Source: Candidatus Hodarchaeota archaeon (lineage in GTDB: Archaea; Asgardarchaeota; Heimdallarchaeia; Hodarchaeales; Hodarchaeaceae). Taken from it: a stretch of DNA of 64,000 bases. The stretch covers positions 37,214-101,213 of the forward strand of contig JAEOTM010000187.1 in assembly GCA_016839815.1 (NCBI GenBank). The letters are read 5' to 3'. Positions within the stretch are counted from its first letter, which is position 1; each line of letters opens with the position of its first letter. Below are positions 27,571-38,530 of this stretch, in pieces. The notes beneath the pieces were generated by a model, which saw only the letters and a list, made by a program, of their open reading frames with translations, was not told the DNA's origin and did no database searches. The position numbers and the translations under genes are program-made.

Positions 27571-28734
27571 CTACTTGTAGCAGCCAATATATCTAGAAAT
27601 AACTAATCTTTGAATCTCACTAGTTCCTTCGCCTATTTCTAGCAACTTTTGATCACGATAAAATCGCTCAACAGGATATTCTTTCATAAGGCCATATCCA
27701 CCATGGATTTGGACTGCATGGTTAACTACTCTATTGGCAACTTCGGAGCAGTATAATTTTGACATAGCAGCATACTTCTTATATTCAGATCGTCCCTGAT
27801 CATATAACCAGGTTGCCTTATACAACAGATTTCGTGCAGCTTCAATTTCTGTAGCCATATCAGCGAGCTTGAAAGCATTCGCTTGAAATGTACTTATCTT
27901 TCGACCAAAAGCTTTACGTTGCTGGGCATATTCAAGAGCTAGCTCATAAGCTCCCACAGCACACCCCAAACCCATCGCAGCTATGCTTAAACGACCTTTG
28001 TCTAAAGTATCCAACATTTGATGAAATCCCTCTCCACGCTTACCAAGCATTGTACTTTCAGATACCTTGCAGTTTGTGAAGAAAAGTTCGGAGGTAATGG
28101 AAGCTCTCCACATCATTTTTCGATGCATTTCTTGCGCTTCAAATCCATCAGTTCCTTGTTCCACAAGAAAACACGTATATTCCTTCTTTCCATCAGGCCT
28201 TGAACCTGTAATAGTCTGTACAGTGACTCCTAACGAAGCTGGAGTGGATCCATTAGTTATGAAATTTTTACTACCATTGATTATCCACGAATCACCCTCT
28301 TTTACTGCTTTTGTTTTTGATGCTCCTGCATCAGAACCAGCCTCTGGTTCTGTAAGACCAAATCCCCATAATTTATCTCCAGTGGTTAATTGAGGGAGAT
28401 ATCTTTCTTTCTGTTCTTTAGACCCGAAATAATATATCGGTCCAATTCCCAATGAGTTATGAGCAGCAATTGTAGCAGCTTGACTTCCATCCACCCGGGC
28501 TAGTTCCTCAACTGCAACAATGTAAGCGAGATATGATAATTCAGCACCGCCGTATTCCTCTGGGAGATAAACTCCTAATAAACCTAAATCTCCCATTTTC
28601 TTAGTTAGGGAAGGAGAAAACTGTTCTTTCTCATCAAGGTCTCCTGCGATAGGAGCAATTTCTTTTTCAGCAAAATCACGAACTGCTTCGCGCATCATAC
28701 TTGCTTCTTCAGGTATATCGAATGAGAGGGTCAT
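27571..28734 (-). CDS. Acyl-CoA dehydrogenase
   Basis: FGLTEPEAGSDA, NGSKNFIT, QIHGGYG, IGEGTSEIQR. Confidence 0.95.
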   Translation of the reverse strand: MTLSFDIPEEASMMREAVRDFAEKEIAPIAGDLDEKEQFSPSLTKKMGDLGLLGVYLPEEYGGAELSYLAYIVAVEELARVDGSQAATIAAHNSLGIGPIYYFGSKEQKERYLPQLTTGDKLWGFGLTEPEAGSDAGASKTKAVKEGDSWIINGSKNFITNGSTPASLGVTVQTITGSRPDGKKEYTCFLVEQGTDGFEAQEMHRKMMWRASITSELFFTNCKVSESTMLGKRGEGFHQMLDTLDKGRLSIAAMGLGCAVGAYELALEYAQQRKAFGRKISTFQANAFKLADMATEIEAARNLLYKATWLYDQGRSEYKKYAAMSKLYCSEVANRVVNHAVQIHGGYGLMKEYPVERFYRDQKLLEIGEGTSEIQRLVISRYIGCYK

Positions 28735-29154
28735 AAATCTGTCACCATAGCTTGAAAACCATTCATTGAATAGAGTACTAAATTCTTATGTAAGTTTTCT
28801 AGGTATCTAGAGAAAAGTCAGACTGAAATCTCATAAAATGCCTGTATATAAGCTTACAATTAACTCAAATTCCAGAAAAAACTAGTAAAAGTGTGACACT
28901 AATATAAAATCCAGAAAGAGTGTGTAAAATGTAGCATTAGTTGTATATATTCTACCTATATGAATAACTTTAAATTTCTGAGCTAAATCGATTGCTATAG
29001 TTTAAATACTAAACGAGCGTAAATCGTCGTGTAATCTCGTAGACATATAAGAAAAACTAAAAAGCGATTTCTATATCTATCAAAACAGAAAATTGTAAAA
29101 AGTTGATTTTTATAAGATAGTTCTCCAAGTTTTCAATATTTTTGAGGATTTTTC

Positions 29155-31479
29155 ATGGCGTCTGAGAGTTCTAAATCTTTAGTTATTGTGTCGGTTGGTG
29201 TAGAGCACTCACCTTTACTAAAGAATTTCTTAGATGCGGGATTACAATTTTCTATTGTACCAAATACTACTGGTGATTTCAAATTAATAGATGAAAATGG
29301 GAGTGAGAAGGAAAATGAGGTTTGGTATCATCATGAAATCATTAAATTAGCTAGTTCAATAGTCCCTGATGATTTTGCTCAGAGTTCGCTTGCAAAGATA
29401 TTTACAAAACCTATATCGGAAACCCCGATGCCTCTTTCTGACGCAGAAAAATTCCTGATCCAGTGGGTATCAGAGCAACACAAAGCTAAGCATGACTTCA
29501 CCGATTTTTTTGTTGCTTTGAGTGAATATTCAAACAAAAAAATTGCTGTTCACCCGTTAAGACTGCCAGAGACAATTTTAACCTTAAAAGGGGAGGATTT
29601 TGAGATTCCTCTGAGGTATTTTCAAGTTACTGGCTTCTTAGATACAAAAGGAGAAAATAAACCTGATTTAGATGAGCTCCGAAACCTGCTAAATGAAACA
29701 AAAGAAGATAAAAGTAAGAAAGCCAAACCTAAAATTAAAGTCAATGGCCTTAGTGTTAAGAGAGATATTTTAGGAGAGCAATCGAAAAAGGCATTAACTG
29801 AAGCAGATGCAATTTTAATTCTTGCTAGTGACCCTTGCTCTCTGGGAATCTTGTTATTACATAGAGAATTTATCCGTGTCGTTAGAGAATCAAAAGCACC
29901 TTCAACTCTAGTATTTCCAATAAAATTCTCCTTTCGAGAGCAGTTCATATTGGAATTACTTTCCATTAAACCTAGTTTAGTCGGAATTGCTGAACTTTGT
30001 TCTGGTGCAATTGATCATTTAGTTGTTGGCCCTGATGATGCCAGTGAAGTTAAAAATTTATTAGATCAGGGTTTTAATGTTTTAATGGAAGATTTGTCCA
30101 AAGTAAAAGATGCTCAGGGATTATCCACAATTCTGAAAGGATTAGGGTTATCTCTGAAAGATTTATCGGTCGAAAGCGAGGAACCAGGGAAAAAACGCAG
30201 TTTGGAAGAATTAGTTACAAAATTAACCTATTCCACAACTGAAAATTCCTTAACATCAGATATTGCTGATAAAATCGAAGAAGCTGAGACAACAGTCGAA
30301 CTTCCCGAGAATCAGGTTGCAGTTCAAGAAAAACCGAGACCCACTGTAAAATTACAAGATACTGAATCCCGAAATTATGATTTTGATGATCCAGAGCTGG
30401 TTTTAACTCAGGAAATGATCGAATCATTGATGGAAGAATTATCTGAAGATATTCTTAATTCAGAAGGAAAACCTCAAATACCAACTCCTGAAAAAACGGA
30501 GGAAAAAATTGCTGAAGAAAGTCAGGAAGTCTTTACTGAGTCTCTTGATAAATTTCTAGATTTTGATGAAACCCTTAATCGAACAGAAATGATTGAGAGG
30601 ATAAGTGAAAGGATCACCAAGAATGCCGATATGGCAGGTTATGCTGCAAAAAAGCTTACTGCGGCCTTAATTTCGTCTAAGACCCCTCCACAGTTCTTAG
30701 ATGAGTATATAGCATTTATTAAGACAAGACCTCTTTTATTCATTAAAGAATTAGTCGATTGGCTGGTAACAGATATAGAAAGTCCTGATTATGTTACATA
30801 TTCCCAAAAATCCTTGGTAATTGTAAAAATTGGACGAATCGAAACCTCATTTGTTGAGCAAATCATAGAAAATTTAGTCAAATATAGAATGACCCAGAAG
30901 ATAGCTCCCAAAGAAAAGGAACACCTTCGTACGATTATCGGAATGATAACTGCTCGTGATGTGACCTTGCAGCGAAAAGCTATTCGAGAATACCTTGCTC
31001 ATTATGAAACTCTCAAAAAACCAGATGATGTATGGCTCGGACTTTTGAAGTATGATGCGGCTTTAGTTGCTCTTGAACTCATCGAGCATGAATCAAAACG
31101 AGGGATTAAAATTGTTCAAGATGCATTGACACGCGATTTAGGTAGTTTTGGCCATATTGTATATGAAGTCTTTGCAGCTTATCAAAAAGGCGATATTCAG
31201 AGTGTTCTATCAGCAGCGGGTCCTCTATCAGATGGATTAGTTCGAAAGCAGAAACGAGTTGAACTTGCAGAGAAAATTACCAAATTTGGAAGTGTACCAA
31301 TCGAAATTCTTGCTAACAACGTACATATGGATCCAAAAGAACTTGAATCACTTGTTTATGAAATGATACATGAAAATGAAATCAATGCAAAAATAGGGGT
31401 TGTGGAAGGGCGACTATGTATTGTACAATTAGGAGAGAACGAAGGGGAGCAGAATAATGATAAAACTAAGAATGGGTAA
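29155..31479 (+). CDS. Degenerate CofD/YvcK-like domain + acidic linker + helical solenoid + C-terminal PCI-like winged helix
   Basis: ALTEADAILILASDPCSLG...PSLVGIAEL...IDHLVV resembles the CofD C-terminal half; FGSVPIEILANNVHMDPKELESLVYEMIHENEINAKI is PCI-like. Confidence 0.55.
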   Translation: MASESSKSLVIVSVGVEHSPLLKNFLDAGLQFSIVPNTTGDFKLIDENGSEKENEVWYHHEIIKLASSIVPDDFAQSSLAKIFTKPISETPMPLSDAEKFLIQWVSEQHKAKHDFTDFFVALSEYSNKKIAVHPLRLPETILTLKGEDFEIPLRYFQVTGFLDTKGENKPDLDELRNLLNETKEDKSKKAKPKIKVNGLSVKRDILGEQSKKALTEADAILILASDPCSLGILLLHREFIRVVRESKAPSTLVFPIKFSFREQFILELLSIKPSLVGIAELCSGAIDHLVVGPDDASEVKNLLDQGFNVLMEDLSKVKDAQGLSTILKGLGLSLKDLSVESEEPGKKRSLEELVTKLTYSTTENSLTSDIADKIEEAETTVELPENQVAVQEKPRPTVKLQDTESRNYDFDDPELVLTQEMIESLMEELSEDILNSEGKPQIPTPEKTEEKIAEESQEVFTESLDKFLDFDETLNRTEMIERISERITKNADMAGYAAKKLTAALISSKTPPQFLDEYIAFIKTRPLLFIKELVDWLVTDIESPDYVTYSQKSLVIVKIGRIETSFVEQIIENLVKYRMTQKIAPKEKEHLRTIIGMITARDVTLQRKAIREYLAHYETLKKPDDVWLGLLKYDAALVALELIEHESKRGIKIVQDALTRDLGSFGHIVYEVFAAYQKGDIQSVLSAAGPLSDGLVRKQKRVELAEKITKFGSVPIEILANNVHMDPKELESLVYEMIHENEINAKIGVVEGRLCIVQLGENEGEQNNDKTKNG

Positions 31480-31504
31480 CATATTTCTTAATTTCCGTTC
31501 TTCT

Positions 31505-32512
31505 TTAAACTGGAAATACTCCTGCGCTAATTAAAATCAAAATTAGCAATAATGTAACTATTAAAATCCAAAGAACATTAAGACGACGAACTTTGGCGGC
31601 TTGACGCTTTGATAACCCACGACTTTTTACCCCAAAAATCCAAAAAACACTCGTGCATGATAAAATAATGGCTAAGATGTTCAAGAGGAGTAGATTAGCA
31701 GCTTTAAGAGCAAGATCAAATTCACCAATGGCACTCAATATCCCTATAGTTGCTGCGGGAGGGCATAAGGATGCCGCAATTGCTACACCGACAATGGAAA
31801 CATCTAATCCGCGTGCAACAATAATACCAGCAGCAAGACCTCCTAGTAGAGCAAGGGAAATCGTAGGGACTGTGAGAGAGGTTCGATTTAATACTTCAGA
31901 ATAGAGTTGGTTTCCCCCTTCAGTAGCATGAATATCTATTGTCTCAAATGAATTGAAAATATATCCAATAATGGCCCCTAAACTAATGGTGGTAAAAATT
32001 CCAGTAAACTCCGCAAAAATTCCTTTTCTAACGAAGGATGTAGTTTCTAGACTCAGTAATCCTAGAGACGTTAGAACAATAGGACCTAAAAGCGGAGCAA
32101 CAATCATACTCGCGATTATGACAACAACATCATTGTTCAATAATCCAAAAGCTGCTAAGGCAGCAGCAAGACCATTCATCAAGAGGTAAGTAAACGATAG
32201 ACCTGAGATCAAACCAATATTTGCTAAGATTTCTTCTCTATTTACTCCCGCACTTTGAGGAAGACTGCTTTCTCCCTTTTTGCTAGCTATCAAAAGGGAT
32301 AGAGGACGTACAACAATGTCTCCATAAGCAACTCCAATCCCTCTAGCTTTTAATTCTTCAATTAGCATGTTTGTTTGATAATCTTTTATGCGAAGCTCAT
32401 ATCTAATTGTTTCACCAAAGTCGTAAGTCGTGGCTAGAACAGAAAACTCCTTTAAAAACTCATCCATTAAGGTTTTTCGATCAGTTGGCAGAGTAACCTG
32501 AATTTCCTTCAC
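31505..32512 (-). CDS. TIGR00341/DUF389 family membrane protein
   Basis: VIIASMIVAPLLGP, VGVAIAASLCPPA. Confidence 0.85.
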   Translation of the reverse strand: MKEIQVTLPTDRKTLMDEFLKEFSVLATTYDFGETIRYELRIKDYQTNMLIEELKARGIGVAYGDIVVRPLSLLIASKKGESSLPQSAGVNREEILANIGLISGLSFTYLLMNGLAAALAAFGLLNNDVVVIIASMIVAPLLGPIVLTSLGLLSLETTSFVRKGIFAEFTGIFTTISLGAIIGYIFNSFETIDIHATEGGNQLYSEVLNRTSLTVPTISLALLGGLAAGIIVARGLDVSIVGVAIAASLCPPAATIGILSAIGEFDLALKAANLLLLNILAIILSCTSVFWIFGVKSRGLSKRQAAKVRRLNVLWILIVTLLLILILISAGVFPV

Positions 32513-32692
32513 TTTGGGGCCTCGAAATTGATTCCTTCAATGAGGATAAAAATGATTGAGAGGAAATTTATTAATCCTTTGAATCTCCTACCTTAATTAG
32601 TCAAACGTTTCTAAAAGTGCATTTATTTTGCTAAGGGTATTTTTAATTAAGTTTTAACGATAATAGATAGAAATCTGTTAAGATAGTGACAA

Positions 32693-34420
32693 TTGGAACT
32701 ACTACTGATGTTGCAAAAAGAGAGAAGCCAGCTAGATAGATTAACAATTCGATTAGCAAAGTTAACATCGAAAAGAGAATTCAATACGGCTTGGTACATC
32801 TTCATATTTCTTTTCTTCTTTGGATTAGTTTTATTCCCTACAATTTATGTTATTGGGAAAGTCGTTTTAGAATTTCTGATTAATCCATCAATCGGAGATG
32901 CAGTTCTTTCAAATACGGAAATTCAGTCCCAGATCGTAACTGCACTATTCTATTCAATCTCTGTTTCAATACTTGTGACAATAATCGATTTGATTTTTGG
33001 ACTCCCAATTGCTTGGACTTTGGTACGAAAGGAATTCCGATTTAAATCGTTACTAAACAGTTTCATTGAACTACCTCTTGCAGTACCAACTGCAGGATTA
33101 GGATTTTCTGTTGCACTCTTTTGGGGAGTGACCCCAGGTGTAGAATCGCCTATATTTGCAGTCCAACTAGTCAGAAATGCCCTCCCAATCTTGGTCTTGT
33201 TCCATTTTACCACAACATTTCCATATGTTGTAAGGTCTTTAACCGCAATTTTAGAAGAAATTGATGTGACACTTGAAGTAGCTGCTCGTACGTGTGGAGC
33301 AAGCAAATTCACAGCTGCTCGAACTGTCACATTACCAATGTTTCGGTCTGGTGTTGCTACAGCTATGGTATTGAGCTTAGCGAAGAGTTTATCTGATACC
33401 GGTGGTGTAGTAACATTACTAGCTACTATCCAAAGTGCGACAAAAACAGGAACCACGCTAATCAGTGACTGGAAGCATGCTTATGTAGATGAGGAAACTG
33501 TACAGGGGATTCCTTCTGAATTACTCCTCCCAAGTACTGCACTTCTCGCTGCAATTATGATTTTTATCGCTTTGATATTGGTATTTATTGCGAAAATGAT
33601 TGCAAAAAACGCGCGTCTCCCCTTCCGCAAGGTTTTCCCTTCATTTGAACGGAGTGTAAGTGAAGGAAAAGCTCCACAAGCTCGTCAAATTGTCGCATTT
33701 GGATTTTTAGTTTTATTTGTAATTGTTCCTTCCTTCTTTCTTGTAGCATATTTGATTCAGGGAGCCTCATTAGCAGCTTTTTCCTCTGCCAATTGGGTAT
33801 TGTTCGGCCAAAGCATATTTATGACAGTGTTAGTAGCAAGCGTAGCTACCATTGTTAATGTAGTTTTGGGGGTACCTATGGCTATCCTAATAGCAAGAAA
33901 ATCAGATAGATTTTCGCGAATACTTGATGCAATGGTTGATATTCCTTATGTGGTACCAAGCTCTGCTCTTGGGCTTTCCGTCGGATTTTTTTGGACAGAT
34001 CAACCTATATTACCTGTGAATGAACTTTTCTTTGTTATTATGGCGCATATAAGTATGACTTTTCCTTTCATTGTTCGGAACACTTTGGGAGGATTAGCTG
34101 AACTTGATTCTGCATATGAAGATGTTGCACGGACTTTAGGAGCGAAGCCTATGCAGACTTTTCGAGAAATCACCTTACCAGTGATTAAATTTTCAATAAT
34201 TGCAGGGGCAATAATGTCATTTACCAGAAGTGTTGGGGAAACTGGTGCTACACTAGCTGTTTCTCCTTCTTCAACAACGGCACCTGTTTTCATTGTTAAC
34301 TTAATCAAGGAGGATCAGAATTACTTTCTCGCAGCATTAGCTACATTAATTCTAATCTTTATATCTTCATTATTGATATTTACACTCCGAGCGAGTATTT
34401 CCCGAGCCAAAAGGAGGTAA
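32693..34420 (+). CDS. ABC importer permease (two fused TM domains; iron/molybdate/thiamine-type)
   Basis: Two EAA loops: EVAARTCGAS and EDVARTLGAK. Confidence 0.9.
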   Translation: MELLLMLQKERSQLDRLTIRLAKLTSKREFNTAWYIFIFLFFFGLVLFPTIYVIGKVVLEFLINPSIGDAVLSNTEIQSQIVTALFYSISVSILVTIIDLIFGLPIAWTLVRKEFRFKSLLNSFIELPLAVPTAGLGFSVALFWGVTPGVESPIFAVQLVRNALPILVLFHFTTTFPYVVRSLTAILEEIDVTLEVAARTCGASKFTAARTVTLPMFRSGVATAMVLSLAKSLSDTGGVVTLLATIQSATKTGTTLISDWKHAYVDEETVQGIPSELLLPSTALLAAIMIFIALILVFIAKMIAKNARLPFRKVFPSFERSVSEGKAPQARQIVAFGFLVLFVIVPSFFLVAYLIQGASLAAFSSANWVLFGQSIFMTVLVASVATIVNVVLGVPMAILIARKSDRFSRILDAMVDIPYVVPSSALGLSVGFFWTDQPILPVNELFFVIMAHISMTFPFIVRNTLGGLAELDSAYEDVARTLGAKPMQTFREITLPVIKFSIIAGAIMSFTRSVGETGATLAVSPSSTTAPVFIVNLIKEDQNYFLAALATLILIFISSLLIFTLRASISRAKRR

Positions 34421-34427
34421 ACAAACC

Positions 34428-35576
34428 ATGATAGATAGCCCACACATAGTCATCTCCGATTTAACAAAACGGTTTGGGAAAAAAACGGTTTTAAATAAGA
34501 TTAATCTTCATGTAAAGAAAGGTGAATACATAGTAATTCTGGGACCAACAGGTGCTGGGAAAACCACACTTTTAAAACTCATAGCAGGATTATTACCCCC
34601 TACTAAGGGTGAGATTTCAACCGACACAGGTGATATCACTCGATTGCCTCCTGAATTACGTAATCTAGCATATCTTCCGCAAACCAGCGATTATTCACTG
34701 TTTGCGTTCAAGAATGTGTGGAATAATGCGATTTTTGCTCTCAAAATGAAAAATGAGAAAACGCTCCCTGAGATCACCACCATTGGGAATGAAGTGTTAG
34801 ATCTAGTGAATTTACGTCATCGGTACAATGCGCTACCCCATGAACTAAGTGGAGGTATGAAGCAGAGAGTGGCACTTGCGCGGGCAATTGCGACAGATGC
34901 CAGCATTTTTCTTTTGGATGAACCTCTTAGAGCCTTGGATGCACGGTTAAGAATAATTTTACGCACAGAAATAAAGAAATTAGTGACGGATCTAAAGAAA
35001 ACGACTTTTCATGTTACTCATGATCAAGAAGAAGCATTAGCCGTCGCAGATCGTCTTCTAATAATAAATGAAGGCCAAATTATCCAGTTTGATACACCAC
35101 AGGTAATTTATAGAAGACCTAAGACAATTTTCGCTGCTTACTTCTTTGGTGTTACGAACCTCCTACCTGCAACAATGAAAGAAGAAAAAGATGGAAAGGT
35201 CATCTTTTCGATTGGTAAACACACATTAACAAGCTTATCGACGTTAAGAGGAGAATCAGAGGTTTCTGAAGAATCAATGGATGAATTTATTTTAGCTATC
35301 AAAGCTGATAGTCTTAAATTATCATCTGTCAGCCCTACAGACGAAATTGGTTTCAATGAATTGGTAGGAAAAATAAATGATTCGTATTATTTAGGAAAAT
35401 GGGTCCATTTAATAATTAATATTGAATCGTTCCCTAAAGATTTAGTCATTGCTATTCCTTCAACAGAAAAGAAAAAATACAAAGTAGGTACTGACATCTT
35501 AATCAGATTCGATCCCGAAGATATTAATTTCTATAATGAACCGTGGGCCAGAATTAAAGAACTGGAGGATAACTGA
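34428..35576 (+). CDS. ABC transporter ATP-binding protein with C-terminal TOBE region
   Basis: GPTGAGKT, LSGGMKQR, LLDEP. Confidence 0.92.
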   Translation: MIDSPHIVISDLTKRFGKKTVLNKINLHVKKGEYIVILGPTGAGKTTLLKLIAGLLPPTKGEISTDTGDITRLPPELRNLAYLPQTSDYSLFAFKNVWNNAIFALKMKNEKTLPEITTIGNEVLDLVNLRHRYNALPHELSGGMKQRVALARAIATDASIFLLDEPLRALDARLRIILRTEIKKLVTDLKKTTFHVTHDQEEALAVADRLLIINEGQIIQFDTPQVIYRRPKTIFAAYFFGVTNLLPATMKEEKDGKVIFSIGKHTLTSLSTLRGESEVSEESMDEFILAIKADSLKLSSVSPTDEIGFNELVGKINDSYYLGKWVHLIINIESFPKDLVIAIPSTEKKKYKVGTDILIRFDPEDINFYNEPWARIKELEDN

Positions 35577-35578
35577 AA

Positions 35579-36673
35579 TTGCCAACAGTATCAATGACAA
35601 ATCTCAGTAAAAGGTTTGGATATGTCATTGCATTAACTGGAATTGACCTAGAAATTGAAGAAGGGGAATATATCGCAATTCTAGGACCTTCAGGATGTGG
35701 AAAAACTACTCTAATTAATTGCATTACAGGCATTGTTGATATCACTGAGGGTGAAATTAAAATTGATGGGAAATCAGTCGAAGGAATACCTATTGAGAAA
35801 AGATCTTTTGCTATGGTCTTCCAGAACATTGCCTTGTTCCCCCAGATGACTGTTGCGGAGAATGTAACCTATGCACCCTTCGTTAATGACATTCCTCACA
35901 AAGACCTCAAAAAAATCGAATTAGAGATGCTAACACTTGTGGATTTATTGGAGCAAAAAGAACTATATCCACGGGAACTAAGTGGTGGGGCCCAACAAAA
36001 AACAGCAGTCGCAAGAGCCTTAGCAACCCGTGAAAAACTCCTTATACTCGATGAACCGATTAGTGCTCTAGACTACAAAGTACGTGTCACACTAAGATAT
36101 GCTATTCGAAAATTGGTGAAAGAACTCGGTTTAACTGCTATCCACATTACTCATGATCAAGAAGAAGCCATGTCAGTTGCTGATAGGATTGTGATTCTTC
36201 GTGCGGGTGAAATAGTGGAAGTGGGGACTCCAGAACAACTCTATAGTTCTCCTAAAACCCTTTTCACAATGAATTTCGTTGGTGAGAGTAATTTTCTAGA
36301 AGGTGTAGTTACAGAGGTAGTGTCAAGGAATGAAGTGCATGTTAGCTTTCGAAATAATCAATCCCTTGGATTAAATAATGGGGATCTACATTTTGAAGAA
36401 GGAGAGAGTGTAGTTGTTGCTTTTCGTCCTGAAAATGCTTTTATTAGTATAAAATCAGCAACTAATGCCTTAATCGGAGAAATTACAAACAAACAATTTA
36501 TAGGGGGGTATTTCCGCTATACTATATTTCTTCGTACCGAAGATGAAATTATATTAGATTCTCAACTCGATTTAGAATCTCACGGGAATGTTTTTATTCA
36601 GCTCAACCCTCAAGAAGCACGAGTCTTTCGTGCACCAACATACGGACTGAAGAAGGTGTTAACCCTTGAATAA
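35579..36673 (+). CDS. ABC transporter ATP-binding protein with C-terminal TOBE region
   Basis: GPSGCGKT, LSGGAQQK, ILDEP; GGAGG SD before the TTG start. Confidence 0.92.
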   Translation: MPTVSMTNLSKRFGYVIALTGIDLEIEEGEYIAILGPSGCGKTTLINCITGIVDITEGEIKIDGKSVEGIPIEKRSFAMVFQNIALFPQMTVAENVTYAPFVNDIPHKDLKKIELEMLTLVDLLEQKELYPRELSGGAQQKTAVARALATREKLLILDEPISALDYKVRVTLRYAIRKLVKELGLTAIHITHDQEEAMSVADRIVILRAGEIVEVGTPEQLYSSPKTLFTMNFVGESNFLEGVVTEVVSRNEVHVSFRNNQSLGLNNGDLHFEEGESVVVAFRPENAFISIKSATNALIGEITNKQFIGGYFRYTIFLRTEDEIILDSQLDLESHGNVFIQLNPQEARVFRAPTYGLKKVLTLE

Positions 36674-37367
36674 TGGTCAAAACGTAAATAGTTTATTACA
36701 TTGGTTTAAGGAAAGAAGAAATCAAATAATATTAAAAAGTTTAGATGAGCATGCTGGAAAATTGGTCGATACTTGTACCGCCAGTCTTAAATTACTGAAT
36801 TTATTAAAGTCACCTGACCAATCTAAAGCGGAAAATCTCTATAATCGGGTCAGTATGCAGGAAAGATCAGCAGACCATTTTCAAGATGATTTAGCAAATG
36901 AAATCGCCCGCGGATTACTTCCCCCTGAAATTCGTGAAAAATTATTCCGTTTAACACGAGTAGCTGATTCGGTAGCGAATTGGTTGAAGAGCGGAAGTAA
37001 GAATTTAGTTCTTCTCGTGAAATTAGAAGTAGATACATCAGAATTTGATATGATTCTTGATTATCTGATTGAAATAGTCAAACTCACTCATGAGAGTGTC
37101 ATTATCTTTAGAAAAATGGTGAAAGCACTAGGAACTGATGATCAATATATCCTAGATACCCGTCAGATTATTGAGGATCGAGAAAGGGAAGCTGATACTG
37201 CCCATTTTGCAGTGAGAGAAGAAATTCTTGCTATCAATGACAAACAGGGTTTCTCTGTTCATTATCTTCTCATTGATGCGGCTAAGTGTCTTGAAAATGC
37301 CTCTGATTCCGTTACAAATGCTGCAGATATCCTCTATACGATAGTTATGCTCGGTGTTCCAACCTAA
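36666..37367 (+). CDS. DUF47 / PhoU-like phosphate transport regulator family
   Basis: Two helical repeats with ERSAD and EREAD motifs. Confidence 0.75.
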   Translation: MNNGQNVNSLLHWFKERRNQIILKSLDEHAGKLVDTCTASLKLLNLLKSPDQSKAENLYNRVSMQERSADHFQDDLANEIARGLLPPEIREKLFRLTRVADSVANWLKSGSKNLVLLVKLEVDTSEFDMILDYLIEIVKLTHESVIIFRKMVKALGTDDQYILDTRQIIEDREREADTAHFAVREEILAINDKQGFSVHYLLIDAAKCLENASDSVTNAADILYTIVMLGVPT

Positions 37368-37397
37368 TAAAAGTGGTAAAAAAGAAAGAAGAAGTGC

Positions 37398-37853
37398 CTA
37401 TGGCAGTTTATCATAGATTTTTTCTTCTTTAATCAGAACTTCAATATTCTCAATACCATCGAATTTGCCTAATTCAGAAACGAAGTAGTCAAGATCGTGC
37501 TTTGATTTACTGAGAACTTCTAATATGAAATTACTTTCTCCATTAGCTCGATATAATGCTAATAAATCACAATTTACGCCTTGACAGATATAAGGGAGAT
37601 TGTCCATTTGTGCGTAGGTTTCATAAGAAGGTTCCATTTGGAAGCGAATAATTGCCTGTTTTTCGTAACCAAGGTTCACTGGATCAGTCACTACGCGAAA
37701 GCCTTGTATAACTCCTTTCTCTCGTAGACGACGAACACGATTTCGAACCGTTCCTTCAGTTCGCTTGATAGATTTCGCAATTGTTGTAAATTTGGTTCTT
37801 CCATCCCGATTTAATATTTCTAAGATTTCCCGATCAATATCATCATAAATCAT
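37398..37853 (-). CDS. Lrp/AsnC family transcriptional regulator
   Basis: DDIDREILEILNRDGR...TEGTVRNRVRRL. Confidence 0.9.
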   Translation of the reverse strand: MIYDDIDREILEILNRDGRTKFTTIAKSIKRTEGTVRNRVRRLREKGVIQGFRVVTDPVNLGYEKQAIIRFQMEPSYETYAQMDNLPYICQGVNCDLLALYRANGESNFILEVLSKSKHDLDYFVSELGKFDGIENIEVLIKEEKIYDKLP

Positions 37854-38085
37854 GGTATTTTTCTCCTTAACAATTGTTTATTGCTTACTTAACAATAGTA
37901 AATTTTTCTTTTAAAAAGATTTGGGAAAAACGTAGAAATTCGAGAATAGCAATCTTACGAAGATCGAAATCACTTCGAATATCGGAATTCCTTACTCCAG
38001 AAATTAAACATAATTTACTCAAAGGTATAAATGAGACCTTATACAATGGAAAAAAGCTACCAAAGTAAAATTAGTTGGTGAAACG

Positions 38086-38514
38086 ATGTTCGATACACCG
38101 ATAGAGCATAAAGTTTTAGTAAGAGCGGATCGACAGAAAGTTTTTGATGCAATGACAACTGCAAAAGGACTGGATTCATGGTTCACTAAAGGATCGACCG
38201 TTGATTTGCGCCCTGGAGGTAAAATCCTTTTCAATTGGGTGGAATGGGGTGTTGATAAGGAAACTTTCAAAGCTGAATGTCCTATTCTCGAAGTGATTGT
38301 TCCAGCGCGACTCGTTTTCAAGTGGTGGAGTGATCATTATACCACGGTAGAAATGGACTTTTCAATCGTGGAAGAAGGAACAGTTATCTCTCTTATTGAG
38401 AAAGGGTATGCAGACACCGAAGAGGGACATCATCGATGTTTAGAATGTGCTGTAGGATGGGGAGAAGCGTTAACCTTGTTAAAATTTTATGTAGAACATG
38501 GACTACGGTATTGA
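38086..38514 (+). CDS. SRPBCC / Aha1-like domain protein
   Basis: KVFDAMTT..GLDSWF, DLRPGG, GWGEALTLLKFY. Confidence 0.85.
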   Translation: MFDTPIEHKVLVRADRQKVFDAMTTAKGLDSWFTKGSTVDLRPGGKILFNWVEWGVDKETFKAECPILEVIVPARLVFKWWSDHYTTVEMDFSIVEEGTVISLIEKGYADTEEGHHRCLECAVGWGEALTLLKFYVEHGLRY

Positions 38515-38530
38515 AAGAAGTCTAAGATTA

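Noticed and set aside
28860-28935. Imperfect repeat (tccagaaa...gtgtg) in the 420-bp divergent intergenic region
   Set aside because: Only two short, poorly matching copies in AT-rich DNA.
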